A program made the position numbers and the translations under genes. A DNA stretch of 64,000 nucleotides from an uncultured Acidobacteriota bacterium (GTDB taxonomy: Bacteria; Acidobacteriota; Thermoanaerobaculia; UBA5066; Gp7-AA6), in the NCBI GenBank assembly GCA_963733955.1, contig CAVTEW010000003.1, positions 3,104,037 through 3,168,036 on the forward strand, given 5' to 3'. A model generated the notes under the pieces. The model was not told the DNA's origin. It saw only the letters and a program-made list of their open reading frames with translations, and ran no database searches. Shown piece after piece: positions 1 to 8,908 of this stretch (its first letter is position 1; each line of letters begins with the position of its first letter).

Positions 1-82
1 CGAGCGCGACGACGAGCAGGGCGAAGAACCCCGTCCCGAGGCGAAAGAGCCGGTCGTCGGCGCTCGTCCGGCGGGACGGGGG
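1..82 (-). CDS. pstC: phosphate ABC transporter permease PstC, N-terminal fragment (gene continues beyond window start)
   Basis: Minus-strand ATG at 80-82 preceded by GGAGG 9 nt upstream. Translation MVSPPSRRTSADDRLFRLGTGFFALLVVAL is hydrophobic and permease-like. It sits immediately downstream of pstS in pstSCAB order. Confidence 0.4.
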
Positions 83-112
83 GCTTACCATCGTCGTGAG
101 CCTCCGGAGAAC

Positions 113-1147
113 TTAGAGCTTGATCTTTTTCAAGGCCGCCATCTCGAGCGACACGACTTCCTTGGGAAGAGGAGCATAGCCCAGGTCCGCGCAGTACTTC
201 TGGCCGTCGGTGATGGCCCACTTGAAGAAGTCGGCCATGATCTTGGCCCGCTGCTTGTCCTTGGGGTTCTCGTAGAAGAGCATCCAGGTGAACGAAGAAA
301 TCGGATAGGCGGCCGCGCCCGGCGCGTTGGTGATGGAGACCCGAAAATCGGCAGGCATGACCTTGGCCGCCCCCGCCGCCGCGTCGGTCACCGTCTCGAG
401 CGAAGCCCGCAGGAACTTGCCGTCGTGGTTCTGGACGTCCCCGTAGCTGATGTTGTTCTGGATGGCGTAGATGAGCTCGACGTACCCGATCGCCCCCGGC
501 GTCTGCTTGACCAGGCCGGCGACGCCTTCGTTGCCCTTGCCGCCGATCCCGACAGGAAAGTTCACGGACGTTCCCACGCCGACCTTGCTCTTGAACTCCG
601 GGGAGACCTTGGAGAGGTAATCGCACCAGATGTAGTTGGTGCCCGAACCGTCGGAGCGGTGCACCGCGGTGATGTCCGTGTCGGGGAGCGCGACGCCGGC
701 ATTCAACTGCTTGATCTGGGGGTCGTTCCACTTGGTGATCTTTCCGAGGTAGATCTGCGCGAGCACCGCCCCGGTGAACTTCAGGTTCGCGCTGACGCCG
801 GGGATGTTGTAGGAGGGCACGACCCCGCCGAGCACGGTCGGGAAGTGGAGGATATGGCCGGGAGCCGCGGAGAGCTGTTCGTTGGTCATGGGCCCGTCGC
901 TGGCGCCGAAGAAGACGGTGTCGTTGGTGAGCTGGCGGATCCCGCCGCCCGAGCCGATCGACTGGTAGTTGATCTCGACTTCCGGATGCAGCTTGTTGTA
1001 CTCCGAGAACCACTTCGAATAGATCGGATACGGGAACGTCGCGCCGGCGCCATTGATCTGGACTTTCTGGGCCAGGAGAGGGCTCGTGCAGAGAACTGCG
1101 GCGAAAGCCGCCCAGGCGAGGAGTCGTAGGTTCTTCATCGTTTTCAC
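113..1147 (-). CDS. pstS: phosphate ABC transporter substrate-binding protein PstS
   Basis: 344 aa ORF with a signal peptide and a PBP-like fold recalled as PstS (GAGATFPYPIYSKWFSEY, FFGASDGPMT). It is downstream of a porin gene on the same strand. Confidence 0.9.
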   Translation of the reverse strand: MKTMKNLRLLAWAAFAAVLCTSPLLAQKVQINGAGATFPYPIYSKWFSEYNKLHPEVEINYQSIGSGGGIRQLTNDTVFFGASDGPMTNEQLSAAPGHILHFPTVLGGVVPSYNIPGVSANLKFTGAVLAQIYLGKITKWNDPQIKQLNAGVALPDTDITAVHRSDGSGTNYIWCDYLSKVSPEFKSKVGVGTSVNFPVGIGGKGNEGVAGLVKQTPGAIGYVELIYAIQNNISYGDVQNHDGKFLRASLETVTDAAAGAAKVMPADFRVSITNAPGAAAYPISSFTWMLFYENPKDKQRAKIMADFFKWAITDGQKYCADLGYAPLPKEVVSLEMAALKKIKL

Positions 1148-1199
1148 CTCGATCGAAAGATGAAATTTGGCCGTTAAGTCCGCATGAAGTCGACGTTAA

Positions 1200-2315
1200 T
1201 TAGAAGTTGAAAAGCGTGTGGAGCGCGTAGATCTTCGTCTTGCCCGGGTCCGGCGTGACGTTTTCGAACTTGACCTCGGAGTAGTCCACCATGAACGCGA
1301 TCGTCTTACCTCCCTGGAGCGGCGGCCAGTAGGCGACGCCGACCACGGTCCGCTTCTTCTTGGGCTTAGGCGAGAGATTCTTGTTGGTGTTCAACTCGTC
1401 GTAGCGCAACAGGGCCTCGACGCCGATCGGGGTCCGCGGCGTCACCCAGGCGGAGAAGCCGTTGCGGTCGAGCTCGGTGGCGGTGGGCGTCGTCTGGTCC
1501 TTGGCGTCGATGTACTCGAAGCCCGCGTTGACGTAGCGGTGCTCGAACGTGACGTTGCCCAGGAAGCGTTCCTTCTTGGCGTCGGCGAAGTAGTGGTCGG
1601 TGTCGTAGTAGCCCGCGATCCGCAATCCCTTGACCACCGGAACGCTGGGAGCCGGGCGAAAAGATGCGCGGATCTGGACCGATTTCTCATTGTTGACGCC
1701 GCGCTGGTCGTTGGTGGCAGTGTAGCCATCGCCGTTGTACACGCCCACGTGGACGTCGCCGTAGTTGTCGGGAAAGTTGAAGTGCGTGCTCGCGCCGTAG
1801 TCGGAGGACGGATAGAACCCCTCCGCGTCGGTGAAGGTCGTTCCCTGGAACCGGTAGCGGTAGATCCCTTCGTCGTAGTCGATCCAGGGCGTCTGCTGAA
1901 GGCCCAGCCGCAGCCAGGAGCCCTTGGGGGCGAAGTCGTCGAAGTTGACCTGCCCGTAGCCGTACTTGATGCGGAAGGTCTGGCTGCCCGAAAGGGAGCT
2001 GCCCGTGCCCGTCTCGCGCGTAATGTCGGAGGTGACGCGGAAGGAGAACCAGTGGGACAGGCTCCCCAGCACGTTGACATAGGCCCGGTTGACGTCGAAC
2101 GAGTTGGAGTGGATGACGGTCTTGTTGCCGTCGGTGACTGTGGGCGTGTCCTGGTAGGAGTAATTGGCGAAGAGAGTGACCCCGACGCTGATTTTGGGCG
2201 TGTCGTCCGGAGGCGAATACCCGGCCGCGGGAGTGACCTGCGCATGGGCCATCGGAGCGGCCAGCAGAGCGGCCCCCAGGCCCATAACGACGATCCTGGC
2301 GAAACGATCCTTCAT
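1200..2315 (-). CDS. outer-membrane beta-barrel porin, probably phosphate-selective (OprO/OprP-like)
   Basis: Start set at the internal ATG (MKDRFARIVVMGLGAALLAAPMAHA signal peptide) with a GGAAGGAG RBS. C-terminal ...ALHTLFNF ends in Phe as OM barrels do. Co-oriented directly upstream of pstS. Confidence 0.65.
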   Translation of the reverse strand: MKDRFARIVVMGLGAALLAAPMAHAQVTPAAGYSPPDDTPKISVGVTLFANYSYQDTPTVTDGNKTVIHSNSFDVNRAYVNVLGSLSHWFSFRVTSDITRETGTGSSLSGSQTFRIKYGYGQVNFDDFAPKGSWLRLGLQQTPWIDYDEGIYRYRFQGTTFTDAEGFYPSSDYGASTHFNFPDNYGDVHVGVYNGDGYTATNDQRGVNNEKSVQIRASFRPAPSVPVVKGLRIAGYYDTDHYFADAKKERFLGNVTFEHRYVNAGFEYIDAKDQTTPTATELDRNGFSAWVTPRTPIGVEALLRYDELNTNKNLSPKPKKKRTVVGVAYWPPLQGGKTIAFMVDYSEVKFENVTPDPGKTKIYALHTLFNF

Positions 2316-2399
2316 GACGATTGCTCCTTCCTGTTTGGAGCGCGATTTGTAAAGGCCGGCCGTCAACGGCGAGGGAAGACCTCGTAAATTCAAGTTGAA

Positions 2400-2420
2400 G
2401 GCGTGAGGCGTGAGGCGTCG
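2400..2420. repeat. heptamer tandem repeat (GGCGTGA)x2-3, family 1, single arm
   Basis: ggcgtgaggcgtgaggcgtcg lies between the porin start and the minus-strand terminator. Same unit as the arrays at 15.6, 16.4, 25.7, 57.5, 61.5, 62.8 and 63.6 kb. Confidence 0.6.
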
Positions 2421-2453
2421 AAAGAAGATCGCCCGTCAACTTCTCGTCAAGAC

Positions 2454-2481
2454 AAAAAAATCGCCCCGGTTTCCCCGGGGC
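2454..2481 (-). terminator. Rho-independent terminator-like hairpin (GC stem plus U7) read on the minus strand
   Basis: Plus strand reads aaaaaaa-tc-gccccgg-tttcc-ccggggc. On the minus strand this is a perfect 7-bp GC stem followed by TTTTTTT. It is upstream of the porin-pstS operon and there is no minus-strand gene between it and rsbU-like. Confidence 0.5.
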
Positions 2482-2652
2482 AAAGCGGAGGGAGGCTCTT
2501 GCGAGCCCTGGCGAAACAATGGCGCGCCGCTCTGAAATCCGCGCGGACCGGAGGTCAAATCTTCGCGTAACGCGGCTTCAGGCCGGTCTCACTCCGGCTC
2601 GGCGCGATCCTCACGACCCCGGGCGTAGTCTCGCGGGCTCCGGGAGGTCCTC

Positions 2653-3837
2653 ATGGTTTCCAGCGCGGAGACAGCGACGGTGGACGAAGCCGCGGCCATG
2701 CAGCCAAAGCGGCTGTACCGCCTCATCGAGCCGATCTACGACGGCCTCCATGCCGTCGATCTCGCGTCGTTCTACAGCGCAGCGCTCGAGCGAACCCGGG
2801 AACGCCTCGCCGCGGATTGCGGGATCGCGTCGGCCCTCCTGGCCCGGCGGGACGGCTTCGGCTGGACGCTCGTGTCCGGGGACGACGAGTCGCTGGCCAA
2901 TCGGGTCGGCCGCCTGGAGACGGCGGAACGGGAACTCCTGGCCTCGCAGCGCGTTCTCTTTTCTTCCTCCGGCGGATTTCCGATCGCCGTCTGGGCCCTG
3001 GGACCGCGAGGAGAGTGGCTGGCCGCCCTCCGGCTGACCCGAATTCCCGACGAGGCCGCGGCCCTCGCGCTCCAGATGGCGCGGCTCGCCGTCCACCACC
3101 GCGCCATGGCTTCGGCCTGGACCAGCCTGCTCGATCGGGCGCGGGAGATTCAACGCGGCCTGCTGCCCGATCCCCTGCCCTCGCTGCCCGGCTTCGACAT
3201 CGCCGCCCGGTCGGACCCCGACGAAGAAGTGGGCGGCGACGTTTTCGACGCGATCCCGCTGGGGTCGAGCGCGCTGGGATTGACGATCGCCGACGCTTCG
3301 GGCCACGGATTGCCCGCCGCGTTGGAGGCGCGCGATGTCGTGGTGGGCCTGCGGATGGGAGCGGCCGGGCCGCTCGACGCCACGGTCGAGCGCCTCAACC
3401 GGATCCTCTACGCTTCGACCTTGTCCTCGCGGTTCGTCTCCATGGTCTACGGCGAGCTCGATCTGCGCGGAGTCTTCCGGTACGTCAACGCCGGACATCC
3501 CGCCCCCCTCGTCCTCGCCGCGGGCGGCCGCGCGGAGCTCGCGCCGTCGGGCCGGGTGCTCGGCATCTCGCCGGAGTCGGTCTATCGGGTCGGGTGCGCG
3601 CACGTGCCGCCCGGCGGCGTCCTCCTGCTCTATACCGACGGCGTCACCGAGTGCCCTTCGGCGACCGGCGAAGAGTTCGGCCCCGATCGCCTGGCCGGAA
3701 TCGCCTCGGTGCTCGCCGGCGCGAGCGCGGCGCATCTGTGCACAGCGATCTTCCAGGCTCTGGCCGAGCACGCCGCCGGCTTACCCCTCCCCGACGACGC
3801 GTCCCTCCTGGTCGTGCGGCGGCTGGCTCCCGCCTGA
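2653..3837 (+). CDS. PP2C-family (SpoIIE/RsbU-like) serine phosphatase with N-terminal sensor (GAF-like) domain
   Basis: 394 aa with GGGAGG RBS. C-terminal half carries PP2C/SpoIIE motifs (GGDVFDAIPLG, ADASGHGLPAAL, LLLYTDGVTE). Confidence 0.8.
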   Translation: MVSSAETATVDEAAAMQPKRLYRLIEPIYDGLHAVDLASFYSAALERTRERLAADCGIASALLARRDGFGWTLVSGDDESLANRVGRLETAERELLASQRVLFSSSGGFPIAVWALGPRGEWLAALRLTRIPDEAAALALQMARLAVHHRAMASAWTSLLDRAREIQRGLLPDPLPSLPGFDIAARSDPDEEVGGDVFDAIPLGSSALGLTIADASGHGLPAALEARDVVVGLRMGAAGPLDATVERLNRILYASTLSSRFVSMVYGELDLRGVFRYVNAGHPAPLVLAAGGRAELAPSGRVLGISPESVYRVGCAHVPPGGVLLLYTDGVTECPSATGEEFGPDRLAGIASVLAGASAAHLCTAIFQALAEHAAGLPLPDDASLLVVRRLAPA

Positions 3838-3940
3838 GGCGATCCGGCTCGCGGCCGGAGCTTCATGTTTTTTTCACTCAGTTTTTACACGTCGTCCGTT
3901 CCGGGCTCTGCTCCAATGTCGCCGGAGGGCGCCCAACTCC

Positions 3941-4300
3941 ATGCAACTGACGTACGAAGACTCGCCCGAAGGGATCCGACACATTCGCCTCGCCGGTCGA
4001 ATGGACGTCGAGGGCACCCGTGAAATCGATCTGAAATTCACCTCGGTGTCGGCTTCGCAGAAGCTCTTCGTCCTCGTGGATCTCTCCGGAGTCGAGTTTC
4101 TCTGCTCCCTCGGCCTGGGCACGCTCGTGCGCAGCGCCAAGGCCCAAATGTCGCGCGCGGGAATGCTGGCGCTCTTCTCTCCGCCGCCCGCGGTGGCCCG
4201 CGTGCTGCAGGCCACGCAGGTCGATCAGATTCTCCAGGTGTTCTACGATCTCGACGAGGCGCGCCGCGCCCTGGCGCCCGACGCCTTCCGGCTGGACTGA
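3941..4300 (+). CDS. STAS-domain anti-sigma-factor antagonist (RsbV/SpoIIAA-like)
   Basis: 120 aa from the internal ATG (MQLTYEDSPEGIRHIRLAGRMDVEG...). It has a conserved Ser-containing STAS core (SLGLGTLV) and sits between the phosphatase and kinase genes. Confidence 0.75.
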   Translation: MQLTYEDSPEGIRHIRLAGRMDVEGTREIDLKFTSVSASQKLFVLVDLSGVEFLCSLGLGTLVRSAKAQMSRAGMLALFSPPPAVARVLQATQVDQILQVFYDLDEARRALAPDAFRLD

Positions 4301-4323
4301 CGTCCGCGCGGCCGCTCCGCGAG

Positions 4324-4782
4324 GTGCTCTTGGATCCGACGGTCAAGCGCGTCCTTCTCCTGCGCAACGACGACGCCGAGCTGCGGCGGATGTCGCGCTG
4401 GTTTCGCGACCTCGCGGCCGAGGCCGGACTGGAGGAGACCCGGGCCGCGGACCTCGAGCTGTGCCTGAACGAGCTCGTGGCCAACGTCATCCGGCACGCC
4501 TATCCCGAGACCGGGCCCCGCCGGATCCGGATCCTCGCGGAGGCGGGCGCCGGCGGCGTCGCGCTCACCCTGGAGGACGACGGGAGGCCGTTCGATCCGA
4601 CGCAGGAGCCGGAGCCGGACCGCCCGCCGTCCCTCGACCGCGCCGGGACCGGCGGCTGGGGCCTGCCCATCGTCCGAGCCCTGGCCGCGGAAATCTCCTA
4701 CGAGCGGCGCGACGGACGCAACCGGGTGACCATCATTTCCGGCGGCGCCGGGGCCGGGCGGCCGTCCGGGGATACAATATAA
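4324..4782 (+). CDS. anti-sigma regulatory factor, Ser-protein kinase (RsbW/SpoIIAB-like, HATPase_c)
   Basis: 152 aa with motifs ELVANVIRHAY and GGWGLPIV typical of RsbW-like kinases. It completes a partner-switching triad. Confidence 0.75.
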   Translation: MLLDPTVKRVLLLRNDDAELRRMSRWFRDLAAEAGLEETRAADLELCLNELVANVIRHAYPETGPRRIRILAEAGAGGVALTLEDDGRPFDPTQEPEPDRPPSLDRAGTGGWGLPIVRALAAEISYERRDGRNRVTIISGGAGAGRPSGDTI

Positions 4783-4794
4783 GTATTGTTATCC
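4770..4794. promoter_or_regulatory. AT-rich palindrome GGATACAATA-TAAG-TATTGTTATCC spanning two convergent stop codons
   Basis: Contains the perfect inverted repeat ACAATA/TATTGT. It is a local AT island in a 70% GC context. The core ACAAT-N6-ATTGT is shared with 19196-19215. Confidence 0.4.
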
Positions 4795-5254
4795 GCGCGG
4801 CTCCGGAAGGAGCGGGTCGATCCGAGCGGTTCGACGGGCCCGGCGGCGCGACGACTCCCGCCGCTCGACCCAGACTCGGCGCGCCTCGGCGGCGGAGACC
4901 ACGTCTTCCAGATGGAGGACCTTCAGATCCGCCGCCTTGACCTCCGCGACCCGAAGGGCCGGCGAAAAGACGATATGGACCGGAAGGGTCGCGCTGCCGA
5001 TCGCATGGAGGAACCAGTACCGCTCGACGTCCGGCTCGAGCCGCAGCGCACGTGAGAATCCGCCGACGGGAACGGATCGCTCGGGCGTGAGCAGAGCCTG
5101 GAGCGCCCAGTCCGACCCGGAAGGCGCGTAGACGGCCCGGCGGCCGCAGGCGCAGAGAACCTCGCGATGCGCGCGGCCGCGCGCCCCGCTCGGCGAAGGC
5201 AGCCGACGGCCGCAGACGCACGCCTCCGTCGAGGGTCCCGTCCAGATCCACATG
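4789..5254 (-). CDS. hypothetical protein (weak call)
   Basis: ORF with an internal start MWIWTGP... The C-terminal half reads protein-like (LRLEPDVERYWFLHAIGSATLPVHIVF). Two CxC pairs. No recognisable family. Confidence 0.25.
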
Positions 5255-5448
5255 GTCCGGAGGCTATCAGGGCGGAATGAAGATCGGTTGAAGCCGCTTT
5301 CCTCTGAGGCGGACCTTCGAGGAGTCCGAGCGCCGCGCGGGCCGGTGGATCTGCGCCCGACTCGCGCCTGGCGGAGATCTGACGGCGCGCTCAGGCCGAT
5401 TTCGGCGGCGCATGGGAGCGTGCAGGCCCCAACATCCGAGAGGAGTGT

Positions 5449-5614
5449 CATGCCCCCAAAGCCCTTCGGTCCCGCGCGTGTGATCGAGGATCGCCGGCGC
5501 CTGGCCGCCCGCGTCAAAGGCGTGCGAAGGCATTTCGACCGAGGCGCTGGAAGCGCAGATCATTCTGAGGCTGGTGGCAGCGTGCGTTCACGTTCGCGAC
5601 CCGCGGGTGCGTGA
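5449..5614 (+). CDS. small basic ORF (54 aa), speculative
   Basis: Strong RBS GAGAGGAG 5 nt upstream of ATG. MPPKPFGPARVIEDRRRLAARVKGVRRHF... No homology recognised. Confidence 0.15.
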
Positions 5615-5723
5615 AGTCCTGGAGGAATTGACCGCGGAGCCGCCGCGGCCGCGACGCACCGACGCGCGCGGCCTCCACGTTCTGCGCGGCAGGGAGCGCA
5701 AGCCCCCGCCGGACTGAGCGCCC

Positions 5724-6422
5724 TCAGCGGGACGCCGCCGCTTCGATCACCGCGTCGGGGACGCCCGAGCGGGTCCAGTCGATGATCTCCTCCGCGGTCA
5801 TCTTCCGCGAGAGCCGCTGTCCCCGGACGTAGGCGAGAACGACGTCCGGGGCCACCTTCTCACGCATCATCTCCAGGACTTTCCCCTTGAGCTCGGCGAC
5901 GGTCACGGCCGCCGGCGCGGGCGAGGCCGACGGCGCGGCGGGCGGAGGCTGCGGGCTCGATTTCTTCGCGCCGCCCAGCACGAGGGTGATGCCGCCCGAC
6001 GGCGGCGCCGGAGGCAGGGCCTTCAACGCCGCGGCGGCCTCCGTGTCGCAGGCGTACTCCTCGAAGGCGACCCGGAACCAGCTCTGGGACTTGCGCAGGC
6101 AATCCGGCGACGCGTCTCCCGAGGGGCAGTCTGTGTTGGGGCGCGTGACCGTGCGATGGGACAGGACCAGAAGGACGTTGCCGCCCTCCTCGGCAACCTT
6201 CCGCCGCTCGACCTTGTAGGGATCGTCGGCGGCCCGCTCGCTCTCCATCTGATCGATCGGTCCGGCGCGGCCCAGGAGCCGGCATCCCTCGGGAAGCTTG
6301 CGCGTGCCCGGAGCCGCGGCCGCCTCCGCTTGGTAGACGTCGACCGCGGGGCCCCGGGCTGCGCGCGTGCCGGCGCAGGCGCACGAAGCCACGAGAAGAA
6401 CCGACGCCGCTTTTCGCATCAT
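5724..6422 (-). CDS. hypothetical lipoprotein
   Basis: 232 aa. N-terminal MMRKAASVLLVASCACAG has a lipobox-like Cys. Pro/Ala-rich linker. No family recognised. Confidence 0.45.
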   Translation of the reverse strand: MMRKAASVLLVASCACAGTRAARGPAVDVYQAEAAAAPGTRKLPEGCRLLGRAGPIDQMESERAADDPYKVERRKVAEEGGNVLLVLSHRTVTRPNTDCPSGDASPDCLRKSQSWFRVAFEEYACDTEAAAALKALPPAPPSGGITLVLGGAKKSSPQPPPAAPSASPAPAAVTVAELKGKVLEMMREKVAPDVVLAYVRGQRLSRKMTAEEIIDWTRSGVPDAVIEAAASR

Positions 6423-6636
6423 GCGTTGTTCCCTTCAAGCGCGCGATTCTCTCAGGTTTCCGCGGCCGATGCCTCCGCACGTTCCAAGGCGCCGCGGCCG
6501 TCGGCGTTTCGAAAAGAATTGACCGCTCGACCAAAGCCGGTTTACGCCGTCCTCGATTCCTCCTCACATCCGCGGTTTCTACTCTCGCCGGATTTTCCGA
6601 CCGCACAACCCGAAGAGAAACCAGAAGGAGGAACGC

Positions 6637-8355
6637 ATGAGGATTCCCAGGGGCTCGATCGCCGGGGCGCTCGCCGCCGCAGTCCCCATGGCCGCGGCCG
6701 CTGTTTCGACCGCCGACGAAGCGCGCGTGGAGGTCACCGCGCCCAAGGCGAACACGCGGGTCGCCGGCGCGTCGGCGCCCTCGCTGCTGATTCGCGGGCT
6801 CGGCCAGACCATCGCTGCCCAGGGGAACATGGCCCTGGAGAACGGGACGGCCCAGGTGCCCTTCTACGGCTACTACGGCGACGGTCCGATGGTGCCCGCG
6901 CCCGGCGACGTGCAGACGGCGTCGCACCAGGTCGAGGCGAGCAAGAGCGAGCCGGACAAAAATACCTATCTCGTTCTGCCGGGCCTCTCCGGGCCGAGCG
7001 CCGGCTACGACTACGGTTTGCGCTTTCTGTTCCAGGGTCACGAGCTGCTCGGCCCGACCGCGACCGCGGGCGACAGCGGCGGCTACATCACCCGCGTCAA
7101 CCTGGACGCGGACGGCACGCACCGCGTGACCTTGATGGCCACGTTGGATTCGTCCGGCAAGCCGCTCCAGGCGATCGACGGCTCGACCTGGGACCCCTGG
7201 GCCCAGAAGCTGCTCTTCACCGTGGAGAACGGCATCAACGGGACGGTCTACCAGATGGGACCGGACTTCCCCACCTTCGTCGAGGACCTGGCCGGCATCT
7301 TCGGGCGGGCCGGATACGAGGGGATCCAGAACGACTCCGACGGCAACCTCTGGATCGTCGAGGACACCGGCGGCGGCGCGGGCGCGACCAGCACGCACGC
7401 CAAACAGCCCAACAGTTTCGTCTTCCGCTTCCTCCCCAAGGACCGCACGAACCTGCTGCTGGGCGGAAAGCTCCAGGCCCTGCAGGTGATGTCGCTCGCC
7501 CACACCGGCCAGCCGATCGTGTTCCACGCCGGCCAGGCCGAGCAGGACATCCAGTCCCAGGACGTCAAGGACCTCCACACCTACGGCAAGAAGTTCGCCA
7601 CCAACTGGGTCACGATCCACGACAACGACGTGGACGGGTTCAACCCGTTCGACGCGAACGGTCTGGCCAAGACCAAGAGCTGCACGCCCTTCAAGCGTCC
7701 GGAGAACGGGCAATTCCGGCCGGGCTCCGGCTTCACGCAGTTTTTCTTCGCCGAAACCGGGGACACCAATTCGCTGACCGAGGCGGGCGCGGCCTACGGC
7801 GGGTTCGGCTCGATCCTCAAGCTCTTCCAGGCCAATCCGTCCGCCACCAACGGCACCCTGACCCTGCTGTACCTGGGCGATGTCACCCACACGGGCCTCG
7901 ACAACGTCGGCTTCTGGGATCGGGACCACATCGTGTTCGTGGAGGACGCCGGAGACGGGCTCCACGCGCAGCGCAACGCGCTCGACTCCGCCTACCTGTT
8001 CGACGTGACCGAGGACTACGCAAGCTCCGAGGCCTTCCCGCCCATCCGGATCCTGGCGGAAGGCCGCGATCCGTCGGCCACCATCGACGCGGGTCTGGCC
8101 GGCCAGCCGGGATTCCAGAACGAAGGCGACAACGAGATCACCGGATTCCACGTGTCCGACGGCGACCCGACGACGGGAGGGATCCTGGGCGCCAAGATTC
8201 CCACGACGTTCCAGAACGGATGGCGCGTCTTCTACACCCAGCAGCACGGCGACAACCAGAGTTGGGAGATCGTCGCGACCGATCCGGAGGGCTGCTCCGC
8301 CGCGGTCGAGAAGCTCCCGGTGATCCTGGCCAGGCGCGCCTCGCAATCGCGTTAG
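6637..8355 (+). CDS. secreted beta-propeller protein, putative PhoX-family (DUF839-like) phosphatase
   Basis: 572 aa with a signal-like N-terminus and many DG/NG/GT turns. Motifs LWIVEDTGGG and FKRPENG are reminiscent of PhoX. The genomic context is Pho-regulon genes. The assignment is by recall and context only. Confidence 0.4.
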   Translation: MRIPRGSIAGALAAAVPMAAAAVSTADEARVEVTAPKANTRVAGASAPSLLIRGLGQTIAAQGNMALENGTAQVPFYGYYGDGPMVPAPGDVQTASHQVEASKSEPDKNTYLVLPGLSGPSAGYDYGLRFLFQGHELLGPTATAGDSGGYITRVNLDADGTHRVTLMATLDSSGKPLQAIDGSTWDPWAQKLLFTVENGINGTVYQMGPDFPTFVEDLAGIFGRAGYEGIQNDSDGNLWIVEDTGGGAGATSTHAKQPNSFVFRFLPKDRTNLLLGGKLQALQVMSLAHTGQPIVFHAGQAEQDIQSQDVKDLHTYGKKFATNWVTIHDNDVDGFNPFDANGLAKTKSCTPFKRPENGQFRPGSGFTQFFFAETGDTNSLTEAGAAYGGFGSILKLFQANPSATNGTLTLLYLGDVTHTGLDNVGFWDRDHIVFVEDAGDGLHAQRNALDSAYLFDVTEDYASSEAFPPIRILAEGRDPSATIDAGLAGQPGFQNEGDNEITGFHVSDGDPTTGGILGAKIPTTFQNGWRVFYTQQHGDNQSWEIVATDPEGCSAAVEKLPVILARRASQSR

Positions 8356-8363
8356 ACCTTCTC

Positions 8364-8400
8364 AGCGAGGCGGCGGGGCAATCGCGCCGCCTCGCTTTCC
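8364..8400 (+). terminator. GC-rich hairpin terminator candidate downstream of the PhoX-like gene
   Basis: agcgaggcggcg-gggcaatcgc-gccgcctcgct is an 11-bp perfect stem followed by ttcc. Confidence 0.45.
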
Positions 8401-8514
8401 CATGGTCTTCGCGCGCCCTTCACGCCGCTCGACGGGCGTTCTTCACCTCGATCGGCTTTCATGGAGCCCTGCGGCGGCCGCGCGCCCGACCTCGCGGCCT
8501 CGGAGGCGAGAGCG

Positions 8515-8832
8515 ATGCGTTCCTGGATCTTCCTGGTGGTGTCCGGGATCCTGGAGGTCGGGTGGATCGTCAGCCTGAAGGCGACCGACGGCTTCTCGCG
8601 CCTCCTCCCGATGATCGGCTACGCCGTGTTCGGCCTCGGCGCGGCGTTCTTTCTCTCCCTCTCCATGAAATCGATTCCCATGGGCACGGCCTACGCGAGC
8701 TGGATGGGCGTCTCCGTCGTCGGAGCGGTCCTGATCGACGTCGTCGTCTACAAGCAGCCCTGCGGACCGACGCGGGTCCTCTGCGCGCTCGCGATCGTCG
8801 CCGCCACCTGCGGGCTCAAGTGGGCGCCGTGA
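8515..8832 (+). CDS. sugE: SMR-family small multidrug/quaternary-ammonium efflux protein (SugE/EmrE-like)
   Basis: 105 aa from the internal ATG (MRSWIFLVVSGILEVGWIVSLK...). Four TM segments and the typical length. Confidence 0.8.
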   Translation: MRSWIFLVVSGILEVGWIVSLKATDGFSRLLPMIGYAVFGLGAAFFLSLSMKSIPMGTAYASWMGVSVVGAVLIDVVVYKQPCGPTRVLCALAIVAATCGLKWAP

Positions 8833-8908
8833 CCGGCGGGGATTGTAACGCATTGCAGCATAAAGGCTTGTCACACTTCCGGCGCCCTCAGGGCAACTTC
8901 GAGTCGAG

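Noticed and set aside
5449-5700. Possible frameshifted gene: a second protein-like frame (TEALEAQIILRLVAACVHV...) following the small RBS-bearing ORF
   Set aside because: No start codon is available for the second frame until late, and there is no recognisable family. Most likely chance open frames, so only the small ORF is kept, at low confidence.
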